Origin: Oscillospiraceae bacterium
Lineage (GTDB): Bacteria > Bacillota > Clostridia > UBA1381 > UMGS1253
Assembly (NCBI GenBank): GCA_015068725.1
Contig: SVKA01000003.1
Coordinates: 234-64,233, forward strand
Reading direction: 5' to 3'
Length of the DNA: 64,000 nt
The notes beneath the pieces were generated by a model that searched no databases, was not told the DNA's origin, and saw only the letters and a list, made by a program, of their open reading frames with translations. Every line of letters starts with the position of its first letter. Position 1 is the first letter of the stretch. The position numbers and the translations under genes were made by a program. This document shows positions 30,804 to 39,704 of this stretch, piece after piece.

Positions 30804-31664
30804 TTATTGCAAAAATCCTTTCACTTTTTTGGCGTTTTCTTCGCTGTATTCAATTTCACACGAATACATTCTTGCCACCTCGAGCATCTGTTCAAAACTG
30901 TCGCATTTTGAGCATATCATACCCAAAACCCAGCAGCTTATAAGTGCAAACCCTACTCCGCTTTCAAAATGGCGAAATATAAAATAGCACGCAAGCTGCT
31001 CAAAAAAAATCTGTAAATCTTCTCGTTTTAATATATCTGCGCCATCTGCTTTTTTAAACTTTTCAAGCTCTTCTTCCCAGCTTTTATCAAGCTTTTCAAA
31101 CGACATATATAAATTATAAAGCTTTTCGTTTGAAAAGTCAAATTCAAAACCATACTTTTGGGCAAGTTCTGTTAATCTTTCAAGAACAGTAACATCCCTG
31201 TTTTGCAAAATATCAAAGGCTTCTTTGCGTTTTTTGAAAAATTCTTTGTTTTGTGCGGCTTCAGGCAACAAAAGAGAAAACCTTTCTTCTTCAGCAAGTA
31301 TAATTCTTGCCGCCTCTTCGCAGCATAGTCCAAGTCCCATTTCGGTAAAATCTTCATAAAAATTGCAAAATCTCGGATGAAGATAGCATATATCGCATAT
31401 TGCACCCTCGCCAAGCTCGCAGATAATATCACAAAGACCGCTTTTGTTAAGAAACGGACAACGCTCGTCCTCTTTTAAGACAAAATGCGGCGTTTCTCCA
31501 TCAATATTTGCCCTGATTTTGTCCGCAAGCTCGCCCTGTAAGGAATTATACAAAGTCATTGTGTCCTCGTCAATATCAATTTCCCAACCGATACAACAGC
31601 TATGCTCGCATCTGTCTGCAATACATTTGAATTTTTTATAGTAATTCGGATATATTTCTTTCAT
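30804..31664 (-). CDS. Cys-cluster protein of the FliB/YkgJ-like (flagellin lysine-N-methylase-like) family
   Basis: 286 aa. N-terminal [21 protein letters not shown] and a second cluster, [31 protein letters not shown]. Family call is from memory of the FliB N-terminal motif. Confidence 0.55.
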   Translation of the reverse strand: MKEIYPNYYKKFKCIADRCEHSCCIGWEIDIDEDTMTLYNSLQGELADKIRANIDGETPHFVLKEDERCPFLNKSGLCDIICELGEGAICDICYLHPRFCNFYEDFTEMGLGLCCEEAARIILAEEERFSLLLPEAAQNKEFFKKRKEAFDILQNRDVTVLERLTELAQKYGFEFDFSNEKLYNLYMSFEKLDKSWEEELEKFKKADGADILKREDLQIFFEQLACYFIFRHFESGVGFALISCWVLGMICSKCDSFEQMLEVARMYSCEIEYSEENAKKVKGFLQ

Positions 31665-31745
31665 AAAAACCTCATGTGTCAGCTTTGGATATCACTTTTG
31701 GCAAAACGCCACATACACCACTTAATAAAATGAAACTATATATTA

Positions 31746-31774
31746 AGTATACCACAGGCAAACAAAAAAGGCAA
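31746..31774 (-). promoter_or_regulatory. Candidate promoter for the FliB-like/PspC/DUF1385/prmC/lysA string
   Basis: Minus strand reads TTGCCT-N17-TATACT with TG at -15/-14 (TGgTATACT). The -35 element overlaps the 3' arm of the symporter terminator. Confidence 0.4.
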
Positions 31775-31797
31775 CTTTCCGAGGGAAAATTGCCTTT
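31760..31797 (-). terminator. Intrinsic terminator after the AGCS symporter gene
   Basis: Minus-strand RNA AAGGCAAUUUUCC-CUC-GGAAAGUUGCCUU followed by UUUUGUUUG. It has one G.U pair that would be a C.A mismatch on the plus strand. Confidence 0.7.
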
Positions 31798-31809
31798 GAT
31801 TTTTATAGT

Positions 31810-33324
31810 TTACAGTCTTTTTTCTTCCTCTTCCTGAATTTCAGGGAAAACAGAAAGCATCGGTTTGATATCTTTATGCTTTATATTTCTGTCAACATAG
31901 TTTCTTGTAATCTTGACAACAAGACCGGAAAGTGCAAGAACACCAATAAGGTTGGGCACCATCATAAGTCCGTTGAAGGTATCGGAAATATCCCACGCAA
32001 GCGATGATGTCAAGAGCGCACCACACATAATCATTACAAGGTGAATAACCTTATAAAGCTTTGTTGATTTTGTACCAAAAAGATACTCCCACGCTTTTGC
32101 ACCGTAGTGGTCCCATCCAAGAACAGTTGTAAACGCAAACAAAAGAATTGCAATTGCAATAAATCTTTCGCCCCATACACCAAACAAGAGTGAGAACGCT
32201 TTTGCTACAAGGTTTGCGTCAGTTGCGCCCTGGATAAGCGCACCTGTATCAAGATTGATTACACCCGAAGTAAGTACCACAAGCGCAGTCATTGTGCAAA
32301 CAACCATTGTATCAGCGAACACTTCAAAAATGCCCCAAAGTCCCTGACGTACAGGCTCTACAACGTTTGAATTGGAGTGAACCATAACTGATGAACCAAG
32401 ACCTGCTTCGTTTGAGAAAACACCTCTCTTACAACCGAGAGTTACGATTTCTTTAACAGCAATACCTGTAACACCGCCCCATACTGCAGGGCCTGTAAAT
32501 GCATACTTAAAGATTGATGCAAATGCAGCACCGATGTTATTATAATTTACGCCAATGATAACAAGGCTTCCCAAAACGAATAATATTACCATAAAAGGAA
32601 CAACCTTTTCAGCAAAGTTTGCAATTCTTTTTAGTCCACCAAGAATGATAAGTGCAGCAATAATTACAAGTACAATACCGATAACAAGATGATACATTGT
32701 AACACTGCCAAAAGGAATAGCCGCAAGAGCCGGAATCTGGAATGCATCTACTATATTAACAACAATCTTGTTAATCTGTCCCATGGCACCGATACCGAAT
32801 GATGCAAGAATCGCAAAAATCGAGAAAAGCACCGCAAGAACTGTACCAATCCATTTGCAACCCTTGATTTTTCCAAGACCATCTTTTAGATAGTACATAG
32901 CACCGCCTGACCATTCACCGTCTGCATTCTTTCTTCTGTAATAGATACCAAGAACGTTTTCTGAATAGTTTGTCATCATTCCAAAAAAGGCTGCAATCCA
33001 CATCCAGAATACCGCGCCAGGACCACCGCCTACAATCGCAGCTGCAACACCGGCAATATTACCAACACCGATTGTTGCTGCAAGCGCAGTACAAAGTGCC
33101 TGAAACTGCGAAATTGACTTGCCCTTAACGTGTCCTGAAACGTTCTTATCAAAAATCCTTCCGATTGTTTGAGAGAACCAGTGTCCTATATGTGTTATCT
33201 GGAAAACACCTGTGATAACAGTCATTATAAGACCTGTCGCCAAGAGCAGATAAAGACCTTTGCCCCATACAAAACTGTTGACATCATTATTAAATTCTGT
33301 CAACGCCTCCAAAAAAATTGCCAT
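31810..33324 (-). CDS. Alanine/glycine:cation symporter (AGCS family)
   Basis: 504 aa, polytopic, with the AGCS pattern (GVGNIAGVAAAI..GGPGAVFWMWI, SNEAGLGS). GGGGAGG SD. Confidence 0.92.
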   Translation of the reverse strand: MAIFLEALTEFNNDVNSFVWGKGLYLLLATGLIMTVITGVFQITHIGHWFSQTIGRIFDKNVSGHVKGKSISQFQALCTALAATIGVGNIAGVAAAIVGGGPGAVFWMWIAAFFGMMTNYSENVLGIYYRRKNADGEWSGGAMYYLKDGLGKIKGCKWIGTVLAVLFSIFAILASFGIGAMGQINKIVVNIVDAFQIPALAAIPFGSVTMYHLVIGIVLVIIAALIILGGLKRIANFAEKVVPFMVILFVLGSLVIIGVNYNNIGAAFASIFKYAFTGPAVWGGVTGIAVKEIVTLGCKRGVFSNEAGLGSSVMVHSNSNVVEPVRQGLWGIFEVFADTMVVCTMTALVVLTSGVINLDTGALIQGATDANLVAKAFSLLFGVWGERFIAIAILLFAFTTVLGWDHYGAKAWEYLFGTKSTKLYKVIHLVMIMCGALLTSSLAWDISDTFNGLMMVPNLIGVLALSGLVVKITRNYVDRNIKHKDIKPMLSVFPEIQEEEEKRL

Positions 33325-33351
33325 ACTACTTCCTCCCCTTTTTTTGCGCTA

Positions 33352-33393
33352 AGTAAAATAAAAAACGGAGTTTCTGAAATACAAAAACTCCGC
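33352..33393 (-). terminator. Riboswitch expression-platform terminator
   Basis: Minus-strand CGGAGUUU-loop-AAACUCCG followed by UUUUUUAUUUU. It lies between the glycine aptamers and the symporter SD. Confidence 0.65.
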
Positions 33394-33420
33394 CTAAAAA
33401 AAGTCGCTTAAAACCTTTTT

Positions 33421-33590
33421 CTCCGTCCTTTTGCCTGAGAGATTAACCCTTTCGGGCTTTACACCTTCGGCATCCTTTTGGTTTTCAACATAAAAACCGG
33501 ACTTCTCCGGAGCGCTATCCACGTGCAGTCACCACAATCGCGCCTGAGAGCATTACTCCTTCGGCAAGGCATACGCCTTTCTCCTACACA
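33421..33590 (-). promoter_or_regulatory. Tandem glycine riboswitch (two aptamers)
   Basis: The minus strand carries two aptamers.
- Aptamer 1: GUGUAGGAGAAAGGCGUAUGCCUUGCCGAAGGAGUAAUGCUCUCAGGCGCGAUUGUGGUGACUGCAC.
- Aptamer 2: CUCCGGAGAAGUCCGG...GAUGCCGAAGGUGUAAAGCCCGAAAGGGUUAAUCUCUCAGGCAAAAGGACGGAG.
Both carry the conserved GGAGA...CCGAAGG...CUCUCAGGC...GAC core, and P1 pairings close each aptamer (GUGUAG/CUGCAC and CUCCG/CGGAG). Confidence 0.88.
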
Positions 33591-33621
33591 CTTCACTTAG
33601 CTCAAATATTAAATTATATGT

Positions 33622-33650
33622 ATTATACACCAATTTTATCAAAATGTCAA
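33622..33650 (-). promoter_or_regulatory. Sigma-A promoter driving the glycine riboswitch and symporter
   Basis: Minus strand reads TTGACA-N17-TATAAT, about 30 nt upstream of aptamer 1. Confidence 0.6.
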
Positions 33651-33673
33651 CATTTGTCGACGTTTTGATTTAT

Positions 33674-34234
33674 TTACAGATTATATCCAAGGTCAAACGC
33701 TTTAAGATTTGACTCCAAAAACTTTTCAGGTGTTGATGTTTTGATTGTATTAACCCATTTTTCATATGGGATGTCTGTATTTTTTGCCATAAGACCAATC
33801 AAAACTACGTTAACCGCCTTAACATTTCCCGCCTCTTTGGCATATTTTAGTGCATCAACAAATGTAACATCAATCTTTTCAGCAAGCTTGTCTTCGATAT
33901 TCTCAGGATATTTCATCGCACCTGTAATTACGGGCATCGGGTCAATCTGCTGAGTGTTTACAAGCATCTTTCCGCCTTTTTTAAGATACGGAAGCGCTCT
34001 GTACGCCTCAAGCTTTTCAAATGCAAGAATTATATCAGCTTCACCGCGGTCGATTATCGGAGAATAAACCTTTTTTCCAAATTTAACGTATGTAACAACG
34101 CTGCCGCCTCTCTGGCTCATGCCATGAACCTCAGAAACCTTTACGTCATAGCCCTCGTTCACAACTGTATTTCCGAGTATACGGCTTGCAAGCAAGGTTC
34201 CCTGACCGCCTACGCCAACTATCATTATATTCAT
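33674..34234 (-). CDS. iorB: Indolepyruvate:ferredoxin oxidoreductase subunit beta
   Basis: 186 aa. N-terminus MNIMIVGVGGQGTLLASRILG is typical of IorB. It starts 3 nt after the iorA stop. Confidence 0.9.
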   Translation of the reverse strand: MNIMIVGVGGQGTLLASRILGNTVVNEGYDVKVSEVHGMSQRGGSVVTYVKFGKKVYSPIIDRGEADIILAFEKLEAYRALPYLKKGGKMLVNTQQIDPMPVITGAMKYPENIEDKLAEKIDVTFVDALKYAKEAGNVKAVNVVLIGLMAKNTDIPYEKWVNTIKTSTPEKFLESNLKAFDLGYNL

Positions 34235-34237
34235 AGC

Positions 34238-35971
34238 TTACTCCCCCTTTTCCATCGCGCCAAACGGACAAACATTAAAGCAAAGTCCGCAGCCATTGCA
34301 CTGTGTTTCGTCGATAACTATCTTTTCCCCGTCAAACGAGATTGCAGGACATCCAAGCTTTAAGCAAAGCTTACACTTTTTGCAGTTATCGTTTATCTTG
34401 CACTTGCCTGTGTATTTAACAGACTTTAAAAGTGCACACGGTCTTTGAGCAATAATTACCGATGGCTCATCACGCTCAGTTTCCTCTTTTACAACCTTTT
34501 CAAAGTTCTTTACGTCAAACGGGTCAGCTACAACAACGTTTTTAACACCAATCGATTTGCAAAGGTCTACAAGGTTAACCTGTGTGGTTTCTTCACCTCT
34601 TATAGTGTAGCCCGTTGTAGGATTGTTCTGATGTCCCGTCATACCTGTAATGGAGTTATCAAGAATAATAACTGTATTTGCGCCCTTATTATACACTATA
34701 TCAACAAGACCTGTAATACCCGAATGCATAAATGTCGAATCGCCTATAACAGAAACAAGCTTTTTGTTAAACTCTGCGCCTCTCGCCTTTGCCATACCGT
34801 GCGCCGCGCTCACCGATGCGCCCATACAAATCGTTGTATCAACGCTTTCAAGCGGAGCAACCGCTCCGAGAGTATAACATCCGATATCGCCCGACACTGT
34901 AAGTCCGAGCTTTTTAAGAACGTAAAACGTTCCTCTGTGAGGACAGCCCGCACACATAACGGGAGGTCTTACAGGAATAACCTCATCAACATTTACACTT
35001 TCAGCCGCAGCTTCACCAATTACTGCTGATTTTATCATAGCAGGAGTATACTCGCCAAGCAAAGTAAACTTTTCCTTGCCGATAACATCAATGCCAAGTG
35101 CACGGCAATGCTTTTCTATAACGGGGTCAAGCTCCTCTATTACATAAACCTTATCACACTTTGCCGCAAAATCCTTTACAAGCTTTTCAGGAAGTGGATA
35201 AACCATACCAAGCTTTAAGTAGTTAACCTTGTCGCCAAGTGCTTCTCTTGAATACATATAAGTAATACCCGATGTGATTACACCGATTTTGCTGCCGTTA
35301 TCTTCTACTGTATTAAACTCACAGTTTTCGGCATATTCTTTAAGGGCACTGATACGCTCCTCGACTACAACGTGTCTTTTTATCGCCTTTGCAGGCATCA
35401 TAACATATTTGTCTATATTCTTGTCATACGGCTTAAGCTCTGCCTTTTCCGGCTGCACCTCTTCTACAAGACTCTGCGAATGTGATACTCTTGTAGAAAG
35501 GCGGATAAATACGGGCGTATCAAATTTTTCACTCAGTTCAAATGCCGCTTTTGTATATTCTTTACACTCCGTAGAATCTGCAGGTTCGAGCATAGTGATT
35601 TTTGACGCCTCTGCATAGTGGCGCGAATCCTGCTCATTTTGCGACGAGTGCATTCCGGGGTCATCTGCCACGCAGAAAACAAGTCCGCCGTTTACGCCTG
35701 TATAACTAACGGTAAAAACAGGGTCAGCCATAACGTTCAAGCCTACATGCTTCATGCAGGACATACTTCTTGCACCTGCGATTGATGCACCGATTGCAAC
35801 CTCGGCTGCAACCTTTTCATTCGGCGACCACTCCGCATAAACCTCTTCATATTTGACAATATTCTCGGTAATTTCAGTACTTGGTGTGCCCGGATAAGAC
35901 GCAACAACCGAAACGCCCGCCTCATAAGCACCGCGGGCAACCGCCGCATTGCCGAGCATAAGCTTTTTCAT
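34238..35971 (-). CDS. iorA: Indolepyruvate:ferredoxin oxidoreductase subunit alpha
   Basis: 577 aa. N-terminus LGNAAVARGAYEAGV..ASYPGTPSTEI, a TPP-binding region (GDSTFMHSG) and a C-terminal 2x[4Fe-4S] ferredoxin motif (CKKCKLCLKLGCP, CNGCGLCFNVCP). Confidence 0.93.
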   Translation of the reverse strand: MKKLMLGNAAVARGAYEAGVSVVASYPGTPSTEITENIVKYEEVYAEWSPNEKVAAEVAIGASIAGARSMSCMKHVGLNVMADPVFTVSYTGVNGGLVFCVADDPGMHSSQNEQDSRHYAEASKITMLEPADSTECKEYTKAAFELSEKFDTPVFIRLSTRVSHSQSLVEEVQPEKAELKPYDKNIDKYVMMPAKAIKRHVVVEERISALKEYAENCEFNTVEDNGSKIGVITSGITYMYSREALGDKVNYLKLGMVYPLPEKLVKDFAAKCDKVYVIEELDPVIEKHCRALGIDVIGKEKFTLLGEYTPAMIKSAVIGEAAAESVNVDEVIPVRPPVMCAGCPHRGTFYVLKKLGLTVSGDIGCYTLGAVAPLESVDTTICMGASVSAAHGMAKARGAEFNKKLVSVIGDSTFMHSGITGLVDIVYNKGANTVIILDNSITGMTGHQNNPTTGYTIRGEETTQVNLVDLCKSIGVKNVVVADPFDVKNFEKVVKEETERDEPSVIIAQRPCALLKSVKYTGKCKINDNCKKCKLCLKLGCPAISFDGEKIVIDETQCNGCGLCFNVCPFGAMEKGE

Positions 35972-36007
35972 CTAAAACCATTCCTTCCTCTTTTATGTAA
36001 ACGATAT

Positions 36008-36050
36008 CAGCTCAAAATCTGATATAGTAAGTATATCAAATCCTGAGCTG
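36008..36050 (-). other. Long stem-loop between the acyl-CoA ligase gene and iorA
   Basis: Minus-strand RNA CAGCUCAGGAUUUGAUAUA-CUUAC-UAUAUCAGAUUUUGAGCUG forms a 19-bp stem. Three positions are G.U pairs on the minus strand but mismatches on the plus strand. The 3' tail is only weakly U-rich (AUAUCGUUUACAU). Confidence 0.45.
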
Positions 36051-36066
36051 TTTTTCAACACTTTAA

Positions 36067-37701
36067 TTAATTTTTTATCTGCGACTCAACAAGGCTCTCA
36101 CCGCAATAAATCTCGCGAAGCTTCGGCTTTTCAATTTTGCCGGTAGGATTACGCGGAACGTCTGCAAATATAACCTTATGAGGTCTTTTGTATCTCGGCA
36201 AATCAAGGCAGAAATCATTTACCTCTTCCTCGCTCATTTCACAACCTTCTTTTACCTCGATAATAGCCGCAGTAATCTCGCCAAGCCTTTTATCAGGCAA
36301 GCCAATTACAGCTACGTCCTTTATTTTTGAGCAGCTGCGCAAAAAGTCCTCAATCTGTACGGGATAGATATTCTCTCCTCCTGATATAATTACATCCTTC
36401 TTTCTGTCAACAAGATAGATAAATCCGTCCTCATCCTCTCTTGCCATATCACCCGTAAAGAGCCATCCGTCAGCTAAAACCTCTGCAGTTGCTTTTTCGT
36501 CATTAAAATAGCACTCCATTACGCCGTTGCCTTTGACCGCAAGCTCGCCCACATCGCCTTTTTCAACCGTATTACGATGCTCGTCAACAATCTTGATTTC
36601 CCAGCCATAGCCTGCTTTTCCTATTGCGCCAACCTTGTGAATATTTTCAACGCCAAGATGCACGCATCCGGGGCCTATCGACTCGCTAAGGCCATAGTTT
36701 GTATCGTATGCATGATTTGGAAAACGCTGTTTCCAGCGCTTGATAAGGCTCGGCGGAACAGGCTGAGCACCAATGTGCATAAGTCTCCACTGTTCAAGCT
36801 CATAATCCTCGATTTTGATTTCCCCGCGGTCTATCGCATCAAGAATATCCTGAGCCCACGGCACCAAAAGCCATACAATTGTACACTTTTCCTCCGAGAT
36901 AGTTCTTATAATCCATTCAGGCTTTACTCCTTTAAGCAAAACCGCCTTGCTGCCCGAAATAAGACTTCCGAACCAATGCATTTTCGCGCCCGTATGATAA
37001 AGTGGCGGAATACACAAGAATACATCATCACGGCTTTGACCATGATGGTTTTGCTCAACACGGCACGAATGTATAAGGCTTCTGTGTTTATGCACAATAG
37101 CCTTTGGAAAACCCGTAGTTCCCGAAGAAAAATAAATAGCTGCATCATCTTCCTCTGTAAGAGGAATTTCAGGAGCTCTTGCAGTACAATATGTAACAAG
37201 GTCGTCATAGCTTTCAGCAAAAGTAGGACAATCCTCACCAAGATAGAATGTGTATCGCACATTCTTCATCTTGTTTTCCACAGCCTCAACTCTGCCCGTA
37301 AATTCAGGGCCAAATATCAGCACATCTGTCTGTGCAAGATTAACACAATACGCAATTTCGTCAGCAGTATAACGATAGTTAAGCGGAACAGCCATTGCGC
37401 CCGCCTTTAATATTCCGAAATAAATCGGTAGCCATTCAAGACAGTTCATAAGAAGTATCGCAACCTTGTCGCCCTTCTTTATGCCACGGCTAAGAAGCAG
37501 ATTTGCAAATCTGTTTGCCTTTTTGTCAAATTCGCTCCATGTTATCTGTGTACGAAACGCCTCTTTATTGCTTGTTTCAATAAGAGCGTACTCCTTCCAT
37601 GTAAGACGCTTTCCCTCGCCCATTGGAGGATTAATCTCAACAAGACTAACCTCATCTGCGTATAGTCTGGCATTTTTTTCAAGCAGTTCTGTAATTACCA
37701 T
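36067..37701 (-). CDS. AMP-forming acyl-CoA synthetase (class I adenylate-forming, FadD-like)
   Basis: AMP-binding motif YFSSGTTGFPKAIVH and a C-terminal GEI...PRNPTGKI motif. Tracked codon 37740 is TTG. ATG 37701 (MVITELLEKN) follows AAGGTGAG at 9 nt. Confidence 0.85.
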   Translation of the reverse strand: MVITELLEKNARLYADEVSLVEINPPMGEGKRLTWKEYALIETSNKEAFRTQITWSEFDKKANRFANLLLSRGIKKGDKVAILLMNCLEWLPIYFGILKAGAMAVPLNYRYTADEIAYCVNLAQTDVLIFGPEFTGRVEAVENKMKNVRYTFYLGEDCPTFAESYDDLVTYCTARAPEIPLTEEDDAAIYFSSGTTGFPKAIVHKHRSLIHSCRVEQNHHGQSRDDVFLCIPPLYHTGAKMHWFGSLISGSKAVLLKGVKPEWIIRTISEEKCTIVWLLVPWAQDILDAIDRGEIKIEDYELEQWRLMHIGAQPVPPSLIKRWKQRFPNHAYDTNYGLSESIGPGCVHLGVENIHKVGAIGKAGYGWEIKIVDEHRNTVEKGDVGELAVKGNGVMECYFNDEKATAEVLADGWLFTGDMAREDEDGFIYLVDRKKDVIISGGENIYPVQIEDFLRSCSKIKDVAVIGLPDKRLGEITAAIIEVKEGCEMSEEEVNDFCLDLPRYKRPHKVIFADVPRNPTGKIEKPKLREIYCGESLVESQIKN

Positions 37702-37758
37702 TTTATATATCTCACCTTTGTTTTGTATTTTAATCGTCAAAGCTTTATTTTTAACAAA

Positions 37759-39522
37759 TTAATTTTCAATATGATATTTTTTGTTGTATACTTCATACAT
37801 CTTATCGAACTCTTCTCCACCCGCTTTAACCTGTTTAAGATATTCGTGAGTTTCAAATGAATCGTTAGCAATTTCTATAAAGCATACGGCAATATTTGAG
37901 CAGTGGTCAGAAATTCTTTCATAGTTTGTAAGAAGGTCCGAAAGAATAAAACCAAGCTCCATTGTGCAATCTCCCTGTCTCAGACGGGAAATATGACCAT
38001 TTTTGATTGTTCTTTTGAGTTTGTCAATAACCTGTTCAAGCGGCTCTACAAGAGATGCCTTTTCGACATCTTCATCAACAAGAGCATCGAGCGAAAGAGA
38101 AAGTATCTCGTCAACTGCAGCAGTTATTGTTTCAAGGTCAGCCATTGCTTTATCCGAGAAGGTAATTTTCTTGTCGTGTATTTCCTTTGCCGCCTCGGCA
38201 ATATTTAGCGCGTGGTCCGAAATTCTTTCGATATCACCTATACAATGAAGAAGCTCCGTAACCATTTTACTGTCTTTTGATGACATCTGGTTGCCCGCAA
38301 CTTTAACAAGGTATGAGCTTGTCTTATCCTCATACTTATCAATCATTAATTCAATTTCTTCTATTTCTTTAAATTCAGCACTATCATAATTCTTAATAAG
38401 CACTGTGGCTTTTCTGAAAGAATCAAACGAAAGGCACGCCATATCATTTACAAGCTCTTTACACTTTTCAACAGCGAATGTTGGCATTTCGAGAAAGCGC
38501 TCATCAAGTGTAGCAAACGCATCGTAGTGCTGTTCCTCTTTCTTGCTACCCACTGTCTTGATAGCGAGCTGTTCAAAGAACGAACAGAACGGAACAAGAA
38601 TAATTGTAGAAACTACGTTAAATAAAGTGTGAACGATAGCAATTGTTGTCGGTCCTACATACGCATCAGGAGCCATAAATGCAAAATTCATAAAGGAATT
38701 GAGCAGATAGAAAACACCCGTAACAATAATTACGCCAATCATTTTAATGTATAGACAGGTTAATGCGACACGCTTTGATTCTGTATTACCGCTTATAGCA
38801 GAAATAATCGGGGTGATAGTTGTTCCAATATTCTGACCGAGTATTACAGGGATTGCGGTCGAATACGGAATAAGGCAAGACATCGAAAGTGCCTGGAGCA
38901 CACCGACCGATGCTGATGATGACTGTATGATTGCTGTAAACAACGTACCAACCAAAATACCGATAACCGGATTTGAAAATGTTGTAAGCATGCTGGTAAA
39001 TGTAGGATCATCCCTAAGGCCTTTCACTGCGCCACTCATCATATCCATACCAAACATAAGGATAGCAAAGCCTATAAGAATTGTAGAAGTATTTTTGCGT
39101 CTGTCATCCTTTGCCGTCATATTCATAATAAGACCGATTGCCGCCAAAACAGGAGTAAATGAATCAGGCTTTAAAAGCTTTAGCACAAGTGCTGTACCAC
39201 TGATGTCATTTGTACTCAAAAGCCACGCCGTAACAGTTGTACCGATATTGGCACCCATTATAACGCTGATAGTCTGTCCAAGCTTCATTATGCCAGAGTT
39301 TACAAAACCGACAAGCATAACTGTTGTAGCAGAGGATGACTGTATAACAGCCGTTACAACAAAACCAAGCAAAAGTCCCTTCCATCTGCTTGATGTAAGC
39401 TTTGCAAGAATAGATTCAAGTTTACCACCCGCAAGCTTTTTTAGGCTGTCCCCCATAAGATCCATGCCATAAAGAAACATCACAAGACCGCCAATTAAGC
39501 TTAAAACAGTAAAAATATCCAT
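37759..39522 (-). CDS. Na/Pi cotransporter family protein with C-terminal PhoU-like repeats
   Basis: 587 aa. N-terminal polytopic region with the duplicated Na/Pi cotransporter motif (QSSSATTVM, QSSSASVGV) and two PhoU-like helical repeats (ERISDHALNI, ERISDHCSNI). Confidence 0.9.
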   Translation of the reverse strand: MDIFTVLSLIGGLVMFLYGMDLMGDSLKKLAGGKLESILAKLTSSRWKGLLLGFVVTAVIQSSSATTVMLVGFVNSGIMKLGQTISVIMGANIGTTVTAWLLSTNDISGTALVLKLLKPDSFTPVLAAIGLIMNMTAKDDRRKNTSTILIGFAILMFGMDMMSGAVKGLRDDPTFTSMLTTFSNPVIGILVGTLFTAIIQSSSASVGVLQALSMSCLIPYSTAIPVILGQNIGTTITPIISAISGNTESKRVALTCLYIKMIGVIIVTGVFYLLNSFMNFAFMAPDAYVGPTTIAIVHTLFNVVSTIILVPFCSFFEQLAIKTVGSKKEEQHYDAFATLDERFLEMPTFAVEKCKELVNDMACLSFDSFRKATVLIKNYDSAEFKEIEEIELMIDKYEDKTSSYLVKVAGNQMSSKDSKMVTELLHCIGDIERISDHALNIAEAAKEIHDKKITFSDKAMADLETITAAVDEILSLSLDALVDEDVEKASLVEPLEQVIDKLKRTIKNGHISRLRQGDCTMELGFILSDLLTNYERISDHCSNIAVCFIEIANDSFETHEYLKQVKAGGEEFDKMYEVYNKKYHIEN

Positions 39523-39586
39523 ATTTTCCTCCTTAATGTCTGTTTTTATTATCTATGCTTATTTATTGCCAAATTTCGCTATTATA

Positions 39587-39615
39587 ATTGTAACAATAAT
39601 AACTATTTTTGTCAA
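39587..39615 (-). promoter_or_regulatory. Candidate sigma-A promoter for the Na/Pi transporter (and possibly the ligase)
   Basis: Minus strand reads TTGACA-N17-TACAAT, about 65 nt upstream of the ATG at 39522. Confidence 0.5.
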
Positions 39616-39637
39616 CAACAATTGCAAGTATACTAAA

Positions 39638-39680
39638 TAAAAAAACAACAGTTTTTACACGTAAAACCGTTGTTTTTTTT
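39638..39680 (-). terminator. Intrinsic terminator after the VanZ gene
   Basis: AACAACGGUUUUAC-GUG-UAAAAACUGUUGUU flanked by an A7 and a T8 tract. A G.U pair on the minus strand is an A.C mismatch on the plus strand, which favours minus-strand function. Confidence 0.65.
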
Positions 39681-39704
39681 GAGACATTATCAACAAAGCT
39701 AAAA

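Noticed and set aside
36577-37410. 277-aa plus-strand ORF
   Set aside because: It lies entirely antisense to the AMP-binding ligase gene. It has no SD and no recognisable motifs, so it is a mirror-frame artefact.
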